DNA from: Pseudomonadota bacterium
GTDB taxonomy: Bacteria; Pseudomonadota; Gammaproteobacteria; Burkholderiales; Burkholderiaceae_D
Reading direction: 5' to 3'
NCBI GenBank assembly: GCA_040390835.1
Contig: JAZJXP010000054.1
Location: 13,121-77,120 of the forward strand
DNA: 64,000 nt
Part shown: in pieces, positions 57,178 through 64,000 of the stretch
Numbering within the stretch: position 1 is the first letter of the stretch
Layout of the letters: each line of letters begins with the position of its first letter
The notes under the pieces: generated by a model
What the model saw: the letters and a program-made list of their open reading frames with translations, nothing else
The model's database searches: none
What the model was told of the DNA's origin: nothing
Program-made: the position numbers and the translations under genes

Positions 57178-57238
57178 ATGCTGTGTCCAGCCAAATTTTG
57201 CCGTATCCTTTCAAACTTCCTGGCTTATTTTATTTGCC
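57178..57238. repeat. Direct repeat copy A
   Basis: ATGCTGTGT...ATTTTGCCGTATCCTTTCAAACTTCCT..CTTATTTTATTTGCC. It shares a core of about 29 nt with copy B at 57959-58041, with one mismatch, plus similarity in the flanks. Confidence 0.75.
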
Positions 57239-57327
57239 GGTGGCAATTCACACTCAAGCCACCGTTGCTCGGGCAGCGGTACCAGACAGTACCAAGCTGT
57301 ACCAAGTGGCATGCTGCAGTCGGGCAC

Positions 57328-57882
57328 TTATCCCAATTGCACGGCTTGCGCGTTTGCATCAGAGAGTTTGAATAGCAAATCTTCAACAGCTGTTTCTGAC
57401 ACAGAACCAAGATCAATGCTGACTTGCAGTACATCACCTTCTGGCGTGATGGCAGACATGAAATGCAGCACACCATACAGGCCATCAGCATTCCTGGGAT
57501 TTTCATCTTCACCATCAAACCATGTCATGAACCACTGCACCAGTGTAGCCTCGGCAAGCTCTGGCGTCAGGCCGCTGATCTGCAAGGGCAGCCAGTCCCA
57601 GGTGAAGGGAACAATACTTACTTCAGTAGCAGACAGTTGAAAACTCAGGGGTTCAAATTCCAGTTGAGTCTTCGCGTCTACCGTATGCGACTGACCGGCA
57701 AATTCACCTTCCGCAGGTATCCAGTCTGCCCGGCAGGGTAAGGCGGGCTTGCCTTCCATGGTGAGCGTACCATCAGCATTGCGGTAGGCAGGCTCAACAT
57801 GGACATTGCCATGATTAACAGCAGCCGCAAGTACGGCAATATAAGAAGCGCGAATCGCGGCGAATAATTGTATAAGTGTCAT
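57328..57882 (-). CDS. Hypothetical protein
   Basis: 184 aa from the ATG at 57882 (the tracked ORF extends to 57930). I recognised no motif. A TATAAT lies 6 nt upstream of the ATG. Confidence 0.5.
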   Translation of the reverse strand: MTLIQLFAAIRASYIAVLAAAVNHGNVHVEPAYRNADGTLTMEGKPALPCRADWIPAEGEFAGQSHTVDAKTQLEFEPLSFQLSATEVSIVPFTWDWLPLQISGLTPELAEATLVQWFMTWFDGEDENPRNADGLYGVLHFMSAITPEGDVLQVSIDLGSVSETAVEDLLFKLSDANAQAVQLG

Positions 57883-57958
57883 GGCGCGATTATATTGATA
57901 AGGCGCAGGCAGAGCAATGATAGCGGGCAATCATGTGCTAATACCAGATATGCCGTAC

Positions 57959-58041
57959 ATGCTGTGTATAGTGTGTGTTTGGGCAGATTTTGCCGTATCC
58001 TTTCACACTTCCTTATTTATTTTTTACTTATTTTAATTGCC
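57959..58041. repeat. Direct repeat copy B
   Basis: ATGCTGTGT...ATTTTGCCGTATCCTTTCACACTTCCT..TTATTTTAATTGCC. It is in the same orientation as copy A, about 781 bp downstream. Confidence 0.75.
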
Positions 58042-58593
58042 ATGGGTAATCGACTCTCAAAAATCGCAACGCGTACCGGCGACAAAGGTACTACTGGCCT
58101 GGGTGACGGCAGCCGCATCGCCAAAGACGCCTTGCGCGTGCACGCCATGGGCGACGTGGACGAACTCAATTCACAGATTGGCGTCCTGCTGTGTGAAGAC
58201 ATGCCAGACCAGATGAAGCATGAACTGGTCTCCATCCAGCACGACCTGTTCGACATGGGCGGAGAACTCTGCATCCCCGGTTACACCATGATCACAGATA
58301 CGCAGGTTGAAAGGCTTGATGCCCTGCTCGAAAAATACAACGCCGACCTGCCACCACTAAAAGATTTCATCCTGCCAGGAGGCTCCCGCGCCGCCGCCAT
58401 CGCCAACGTCTGCCGCACCGTCTGCCGCCGCGCAGAACGTGCCATCGTCAGCGTCGGCAATACCGAGACCATCAATGATGCACCAAGACAGTATATGAAT
58501 CGTTTGTCAGATTTGCTGTTTGTGTTGTCGCGGGTGTTGAACCGGTTTGCGGGGGGGAGTGATGTGCTGTGGGAGAAAGAGCGCCAGCGCTAG
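58042..58593 (+). CDS. ATP:cob(I)alamin adenosyltransferase, PduO type
   Basis: MGNRLSKIATRTGDKGTTGL......KD..RV.A.G.VDELNS.IG......Q.DLFD.GGEL.....LPGG...AA....R.VCRRAER......YMNRLSD.LFV: canonical PduO-type N-terminal domain. Confidence 0.9.
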   Translation: MGNRLSKIATRTGDKGTTGLGDGSRIAKDALRVHAMGDVDELNSQIGVLLCEDMPDQMKHELVSIQHDLFDMGGELCIPGYTMITDTQVERLDALLEKYNADLPPLKDFILPGGSRAAAIANVCRTVCRRAERAIVSVGNTETINDAPRQYMNRLSDLLFVLSRVLNRFAGGSDVLWEKERQR

Positions 58594-58595
58594 TC

Positions 58596-58714
58596 GAAAC
58601 CCTGATTAAGCTACTGCGCAACCTTATTTTGAGCCTGCGATGCTCATCGTACTAAAGTACGATTGCGCTTCTTAACTCAAACTAAGGCCGCTCGCTACGC
58701 TTACTCAGGGTTTC
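58596..58714. repeat. 119-nt imperfect palindromic element (MITE/REP-like or structured RNA)
   Basis: The outer arms are GAAACCCTGATTAAGC (58596-) and GCTTACTCAGGGTTTC (-58714). The middle arms are CCTTATTTTGAG and CTCAAACTAAGG. The apical stem is ATCGTAC-taaa-GTACGAT. Confidence 0.6.
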
Positions 58715-58753
58715 TTGATTGGCTTGAAAATATATCTTTGTGATGAGTCTCTG

Positions 58754-59086
58754 ATGCAACGAATTTATTGTGATTCTTATGAATTAGATGGACTAGGCTC
58801 TGAAACGGAAATGGAACTCATTATTTCCACTCACAAGCAGCATGGTGACTTGAAGCAGTTTCTTCTTGCCTGTCAGGTCGATATTTCAAGAGCAATTGTT
58901 ATTCCGGCGTGTTGGGCAAACCATTTTGAAGTTGGCCGTCACCTGAAACAGTTCGCTAACATTGAACTACCTCATCCTGCACAATGGCGTGCAGGGTTTT
59001 TATTTCAAGACGAGTGGGATGAGCGCAGGGTGGCAATCGATGTTGCCGATAAACTGATTTGGTATCAATGGACTACTTTAGCCTGA
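58754..59086 (+). CDS. Hypothetical small protein (possible immunity-type)
   Basis: 110 aa from the ATG at 58754. No motif recognised. It lies in an AT-richer islet next to an SMI1/KNR4 gene. Confidence 0.45.
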   Translation: MQRIYCDSYELDGLGSETEMELIISTHKQHGDLKQFLLACQVDISRAIVIPACWANHFEVGRHLKQFANIELPHPAQWRAGFLFQDEWDERRVAIDVADKLIWYQWTTLA

Positions 59087-59161
59087 ACCTGATGATGATT
59101 GTATTTTCGTATGAGACCGGGATTTGCTAGTCCTGGAATATTCTATTTGTAGAAATTTACG

Positions 59162-59566
59162 ATGACCAGTCTCAAAAAATCCCGAAGTCGCCGCATGCGA
59201 AAGAAATTATTCGTTGGCGAATTCCTGTTGTATCCCAATCTCACAAAACATGCGATCGCCCGCCGGGACTTGGAATTTACCTATACTGATGGACGCATCA
59301 TTTTTGCCAAAATCTGGGTATGGCAAGCTGTAGAGCTTGGGCCTCATAATTGGCGATGCCCATTCCTCATTCAGACTACCCACTTTCAGAAAGAATCGTA
59401 TTGTTCAGGGGATGATGGCATGCAAGCATTGCTCTTGGCAACTCACTCAATCAGTAGCCATTTAACGGCACTCGAACGTAAATTTGATGGCCGATTCAGT
59501 CAATACGGATCTGATCACGGTTTCCCTTCATTAACTGAAGATACATTTCCATCTTCCTCTGCATAA
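59162..59566 (+). CDS. Hypothetical protein; N-terminal 20 aa YggL(DUF469)-like, remainder resembles a small immunity-type domain
   Basis: 134 aa. KKSRSRRMRKKLFVGEF resembles the E. coli YggL N-terminus KNRSRRLRKKMHIDEF (recalled from memory). The later W-R-C-P-F..I......G.DGMQALLLA motif is seen in small orphan immunity-like proteins, also from memory. Confidence 0.45.
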   Translation: MTSLKKSRSRRMRKKLFVGEFLLYPNLTKHAIARRDLEFTYTDGRIIFAKIWVWQAVELGPHNWRCPFLIQTTHFQKESYCSGDDGMQALLLATHSISSHLTALERKFDGRFSQYGSDHGFPSLTEDTFPSSSA

Positions 59567-59596
59567 AAACAGCGCTCTAATACTTGAAACTTTATC

Positions 59597-60190
59597 ATGC
59601 CAACAATCACTGAACTGTGTAATCAATTAGCTGATGCCTACGAAGCGAAGGGCGTCGCAGTTAGAGAGAATCTACGACCTGGCCTTACGACGACGGAAAT
59701 CCTGGCGACCGTCGCGCCTTTGCAAATCATTGTGCCAGATGACGTCATTGAACTTTACCAGTGGAGAAATGGGCGTATCGACAAGCTTGATTCAGACCTC
59801 GATACGAATTTTTGTTTTCGCGATAATGAGTTTATTTCTCTGGAAGAAGCAGTTTTGGAATATCAAAGTATCCAGGAATACTATGGTATTCATTCAACGA
59901 TGGAGCAAGATGGTGTAGACCTCAAAAATTGCCTGCCAATTTCTGAATTTCAGGGTTCTTGGGATGTTGTCGCTTGTGGCGCACATCTTTTTGGTTCTGA
60001 CAAGGATCATCCAGTCATTCGAGTGTTCCACGGTATAGGAATGTATTTTTATTCGATATCTTCCATGCTTGAAACTTGTATAGAATGGGTTTCTTCACCG
60101 AACTGGAAGGACTTGGATGGTTTGCCGGACGAAGAGGAAATGGAAATCTGGCGGCGGCATAACCCAGATATTTTTCGCGAAAGATTTTAG
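59597..60190 (+). CDS. SMI1/KNR4 (SUKH-1) family protein, putative immunity protein
   Basis: 197 aa. The pattern E..L......LP.D..ELY.W.NG ..... F.SLEE......... with the C-terminal W.V....G fits the SMI1/KNR4 family. Confidence 0.65.
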   Translation: MPTITELCNQLADAYEAKGVAVRENLRPGLTTTEILATVAPLQIIVPDDVIELYQWRNGRIDKLDSDLDTNFCFRDNEFISLEEAVLEYQSIQEYYGIHSTMEQDGVDLKNCLPISEFQGSWDVVACGAHLFGSDKDHPVIRVFHGIGMYFYSISSMLETCIEWVSSPNWKDLDGLPDEEEMEIWRRHNPDIFRERF

Positions 60191-60362
60191 ATTTGCAGGT
60201 GTAAACGTTAATGTCTATGGTCTGATATTTGACAATCCTGAATCACCACATTTACTTTGATGTGCTGCGATATGAAGCTTGATGCCTATGTTGTTGTAAC
60301 CCCGCAGCTTCGTCGCTGCGGGCGCACGAGTGACCATCAGCTGGGACACTCAAAAATGCAAC

Positions 60363-61145
60363 TTACTGCATATGCCACCCATGACTAACCGTGATGGATT
60401 GGCCAGTCAAAGCGTTAGTGCCAAAAGCCGCCAGGAATAGCGCGGTTTGGGCGACGTCTTGCACGGTAGTGAATTCGCCATCGACAGTTTCCTTGAGCAT
60501 AACATTCTTGATGACTTCTGCTTCGGTGATGCCGAGTTCTTTTGCCTGTTCAGGAATTTGTTTGTCGACCAGTGGTGTGCGGACAAAGCCTGGGCAGATG
60601 ACGTTGGCGCGGATATTGTTTTTGGCGCCTTCTTTGGCGACCACTTTTGCCAGACCTATCAGGCCATGCTTGGCGGTGACGTAGGGGGCTTTCAGTGGGG
60701 ATGCTTCGTGGGAATGGACTGAGCCCATGTAGATCACGCTGCCGCCTTTGCCGCCAGCGATCATGGAACGCATGCAAGCACGGGTGGTCAGGAATGCGCC
60801 GTCCAGATGGATGGAGAGCATTTTTTTCCAGTTATCGAGGCTCAGGTCAACCAGAGGGCTGATGATTTGTATGCCGGCATTGCTGATCAGGATGTCGATG
60901 TTGCCGTAGGCGGCGATTGCATCTGCCACACCTTTGTCAACCTGTGTTTCGTCAGTCACGTTCATGGCCACTGCCATTGCTGTGCCGCCGGATGCTTCGA
61001 TTTCTTTGGCGGTGGCTTGTGCTGCTTCCAGGGCCATGTCGGCGATAACAATTTTTGCGCCCTGCTTGGCGTATTCTATGGCGATTTCTTTGCCTATGCC
61101 GCTGGCAGCACCGGTGATGAGGGCGACTTTATTGTTGAGTAGCAT
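60363..61145 (-). CDS. bdhA: 3-hydroxybutyrate dehydrogenase (SDR)
   Basis: [42 protein letters not shown] and a C-terminal VSHGWHMQ. 260 aa from the ATG at 61145. Confidence 0.88.
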   Translation of the reverse strand: MLLNNKVALITGAASGIGKEIAIEYAKQGAKIVIADMALEAAQATAKEIEASGGTAMAVAMNVTDETQVDKGVADAIAAYGNIDILISNAGIQIISPLVDLSLDNWKKMLSIHLDGAFLTTRACMRSMIAGGKGGSVIYMGSVHSHEASPLKAPYVTAKHGLIGLAKVVAKEGAKNNIRANVICPGFVRTPLVDKQIPEQAKELGITEAEVIKNVMLKETVDGEFTTVQDVAQTALFLAAFGTNALTGQSITVSHGWHMQ

Positions 61146-61155
61146 GTGAATTCCT

Positions 61156-61902
61156 TTATTTGGTTGGGGCGAGGTAATCGTACGCAACAGTGCCGTAGGG
61201 CAGAGTCAGGTCAGAAAGGATATGAACTGCAGATAATACTTCCAGCACTGGCAAGCCAGCGATGGGGGCGAGGGCGTGTGGGTGCAAATCAAGTGCACCT
61301 GGCCCACCCCATGCACCTTTGACAGTGACATCGGTGAGCTGGTATTGCACCAGTTCGCAGATGCGCGGCGTGCCATCGACATGGGGGATGATTTTTAATA
61401 AAAAATTCGGGATTTCCATGCCAGCCTTGACGGCAGCATGATCAAGCTTCGTGTGCTTGAAACCCATGGTGCCGGTGGCGATGCGGAAATCGCTATAGTC
61501 CAGGGTGCCAACCAGAGTGTCTTTGTGGACCCTGAGTTCAGGATCACCCAGCTTTTTAGGAAAGCCCCAGAGCTCACGCCCCGCCGCAATCGGTGGGTGG
61601 TCGTTCAGATACATGCTGTGTACGTAAGCTCCATGCACGCCATCAAGGGTCACCGGGATGACCTGGCCGGACTCGCAATAATGCCCAAACCCTGTTGAAT
61701 CTGGCATGTTGATGAACTCAAACTTGACGACAGGTTCTGCCAGCTTCAATGGTGCCGGGATGATTTTTTCCAGCAATTCAGGATCAGTACGGTAAGTGAT
61801 GATCAGGTATTCCCTGTCCGTAAAGCGGTAAGGCCCTGGTGGAAAAGCGGAATTGGAATAGGGCATTGCAAAGGCGTTACGGCGAATTTCATCTTCTGTC
61901 AT
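61156..61902 (-). CDS. adc: Acetoacetate decarboxylase family protein
   Basis: 248 aa. [34 protein letters not shown]...P.PL is the characteristic ADC N-terminus. It lies immediately upstream of bdhA. Confidence 0.85.
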   Translation of the reverse strand: MTEDEIRRNAFAMPYSNSAFPPGPYRFTDREYLIITYRTDPELLEKIIPAPLKLAEPVVKFEFINMPDSTGFGHYCESGQVIPVTLDGVHGAYVHSMYLNDHPPIAAGRELWGFPKKLGDPELRVHKDTLVGTLDYSDFRIATGTMGFKHTKLDHAAVKAGMEIPNFLLKIIPHVDGTPRICELVQYQLTDVTVKGAWGGPGALDLHPHALAPIAGLPVLEVLSAVHILSDLTLPYGTVAYDYLAPTK

Positions 61903-62290
61903 TGGTCTTTTCCTTCGCTAATGCGTGGGTGAGTGCTGTAATTGAGTACCAGGGATGACTCTGTGTTGCGCTTATGGTTCAGTAAAGCTTCAGTAAATTT
62001 CCTGCCTTGGAGTAAGTAATGATCTGGCCTATAGGCTTGTAGATATAGCCATATATGCGTAAAAAAAGTGGGCTCATCTGTTTTTTAATGCATATATATT
62101 AATTTGCCAAGAAAACTCATGTGTATCAATTTGTAGGTGGCTGCTGGCGCAGTAGCGTCCGGCAGCAGACACTTGAATTGACTGATAAAGTGCGCATATA
62201 GATTGGCATATCGGTGCCTGAGGTCTTACCAGATGCACCATCAATTGGATAGCTGCGGCATATGGCCAGGCAGCAGAAAGAGAACATAAC

Positions 62291-62938
62291 ATGAGTAAAG
62301 AAATCAGAATCGACTTCGTCTCGGACGTGTCTTGCCCTTGGTGCATCATAGGGCTCAAGTCGCTAGAGCAAGCCATAGAACGCGTCGGTGACGATGCCAA
62401 TGTGCAATTGCATTTCCAGCCTTTTGAGCTTAATCCGGCCATGGTGCCGGAAGGGCAGGACATTGCCGAGCATCTGGCTGAAAAATATGGTGCAACACAG
62501 GAACAGACCGCCAAGACCCGCGAAATGATACGGGCGCGTGGTGCAGAGCTGGGCTTTGAATTCAACATGGCAACACGCAGCCGCATCTACAATACCTTCG
62601 ATGCACATCGCTTGCTGCATTGGGCTGAATTACAAGGACGCCAGCATGCGCTCAAAGTGGCGCTGTTTGAACTGTATTTCAGCAAGGGTGAGAGCCCGGC
62701 TTCGCATGAAGCCCTGGTGCGTGTGGCGGGTGAAGTGGGGCTGGATACTGTCGAGGCTGCACGTATCCTGGCGTCTGACGATTATGCTGAAGAAGTGCGT
62801 GAAACTGAGCGCTATTATCACCAGCAAGGCATCAGTTCAGTGCCGGCGATCATCATCAATGAACGCCATCTGATCTCAGGTGGCCAGCCGCCCGAGGTAT
62901 TTGAGCAGGCATTGCGCCAGATTGCTGCACAAGAGTAA
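62291..62938 (+). CDS. DsbA-family oxidoreductase (FrnE-like)
   Basis: IRIDFVSDVSCPWCIIG carries the CPWC motif. GISSVPAIIIN is also present. 215 aa. Confidence 0.82.
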   Translation: MSKEIRIDFVSDVSCPWCIIGLKSLEQAIERVGDDANVQLHFQPFELNPAMVPEGQDIAEHLAEKYGATQEQTAKTREMIRARGAELGFEFNMATRSRIYNTFDAHRLLHWAELQGRQHALKVALFELYFSKGESPASHEALVRVAGEVGLDTVEAARILASDDYAEEVRETERYYHQQGISSVPAIIINERHLISGGQPPEVFEQALRQIAAQE

Positions 62939-63088
62939 ATGCAGGAATAAGGCAGAGGAATAGATTCGCAAGCAGGCTGATTCAAACTCAAATTTGAACA
63001 GGCCATGGGCTAAGAGGACAGGGCCAATAGCATCTCGCGAGAGATATTATTGATCCTGTTCTTTTGTAATAAGCAGATTAATTTTTAT

Positions 63089-63649
63089 TCAGGGAATGAG
63101 TTCCAGCGACTGCAAAAAACGGTCCGCGATTTCTGCTGCCTTTTTGTCTTGTGGGGCATGACCAACTTGCTGCATATAGATGGTATGCGGGGCTACATAG
63201 GCTCTGAGGATAAAATCCTGGCCTTCAAGCCTGCCTTTTAATTGTTTCCCTTTTAAGTTGCCATTGGGCAGGCTTATATCTTTCCAGCCACTGTCTGTGT
63301 CGAGCAAAAATTTGGAGACAAAATTTTTACGCAAGTTGTCGACCATATTGTTCAGATAGGTAGTCTCGTAACCTGCCGGTGAAGGGTCATCCGGGCGAAA
63401 TTCCAGTATACCCAGCATCAGGGTGCTGCCATCTGTTTCCATGGCATATGTGGTGCGCTTATACGGGGCACCTTTACGGTCAGGCATCGCTTCCTCAGTT
63501 TTTTCCGGAGCGCCTGTTGCCCAAAATTTGACGTGCTTGTCGTCTGTCGTAAATGTCTGCCCGCCAGCGTCCACTGCCTGGGCCAGTCCGAAAAACAGAG
63601 AACTCAGGATGATGATTGCTGACCATAGTCTTTTGGCGTGGATATGCAT
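63089..63649 (-). CDS. Exported hypothetical protein
   Basis: 186 aa with a signal peptide (IIILSSLFFGLAQA/V). No recognisable motif. Confidence 0.5.
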   Translation of the reverse strand: MHIHAKRLWSAIIILSSLFFGLAQAVDAGGQTFTTDDKHVKFWATGAPEKTEEAMPDRKGAPYKRTTYAMETDGSTLMLGILEFRPDDPSPAGYETTYLNNMVDNLRKNFVSKFLLDTDSGWKDISLPNGNLKGKQLKGRLEGQDFILRAYVAPHTIYMQQVGHAPQDKKAAEIADRFLQSLELIP

Positions 63650-64000
63650 GCTGATTTCCTTAAAAAGTCTTTACAATATTGGGGTCGTGAGCTTGGTATA
63701 TACAATCTTCTGACATCCATCGGATGACAAGTCAAGGGGGAATGCCCGTGTATAAACCACGATGCAATGATTATATTGATGTATTGCTTTTAGCTCAAAC
63801 TCAAGATGATCAGCGGCAATGTTGGGCGATGTATGGTGCTTAAAACATGCCCAGGACACATCTAAGAACCTGTTTACGATCTTACCGCGCGAGCGTGATT
63901 GGGGTTCATGTGCTGCTCAAAATAATGTTTGTGGCGGCCTGAATGTCAGTTTCAGAGGTGTCTACCGTCAAGTAAAACCCAAGTGATCTGACCAGTGCTG

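Noticed and set aside
60301-60322. Hairpin CCCGCAGC-ttcgtc-GCTGCGGG, considered as the bdhA terminator or the right boundary repeat of the islet
   Set aside because: It has no T-tract on either strand and no sequence similarity to the 58596-58714 element. It may be a weak terminator or REP fragment, but the evidence is insufficient.
62074-62586. 170-aa minus-strand ORF rich in S/C/A
   Set aside because: It overlaps the FrnE-like DsbA gene, which has a clear CPWC motif and a good start. The translation is low-complexity, so I treat it as spurious.
63671-63859. 62-aa minus-strand ORF near the window end
   Set aside because: It is short, with no RBS or motif, and lies in an AT-rich intergenic-looking region. 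It is not supportable as a gene.

Overview
This is a chromosomal segment that looks betaproteobacterial (Burkholderiales or Oxalobacteraceae-like; this rests on gene content and order and on an eyeballed GC of about 50%, so low confidence). About 90% is coding and most genes are housekeeping. These include a TPP-riboswitch-controlled thiC-thiS-thiG-thiD-thiE operon, uvrD, coq7, two tandem porins, ruvC/ruvA/ruvB, purH, fis, dusB, ndh, dtd, tyrS, anmK, a PduO-type adenosyltransferase and adc-bdhA. I found no rRNA, tRNA, CRISPR array, transposase, integrase or prophage.

The non-routine content is as follows.
(1) A same-strand block at 145-10610 contains a TonB-dependent receptor, an orphan periplasmic binding protein, a 1516-aa HK-REC-REC-Hpt-REC-GGDEF-EAL protein and a periplasmic-TPR diguanylate cyclase. 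It looks like an envelope-to-c-di-GMP sensory module.
(2) A translationally coupled pair at 38748-40929 encodes a LuxI/FeeM-like acyltransferase and a PaaK/F390-synthetase-like adenylating enzyme. It lies tail-to-tail with a three-gene unit made of a secreted protein, a LytS-type kinase and a LytTR regulator. This is my best candidate for an undescribed small-molecule signalling system.
(3) Two small stand-alone nuclease genes sit inside conserved housekeeping gene arrays, each embedded in palindromic repeats: DUF559 between thiS and thiG, and GIY-YIG between ruvC and purH.
(4) An AT-richer islet at 58596-60190 holds three small immunity-like genes (one SMI1/KNR4) with no toxin gene, and is bounded by a 119-nt palindromic element.
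(5) A single ORF at 57328-57882 is bracketed by 60-80 bp direct repeats.

There are also several REP/MITE-like repeat families, a LexA box upstream of ruvA, an octamer tandem repeat and a few orphan exported or membrane proteins. All family assignments come from reading motifs by eye. No searches were run.
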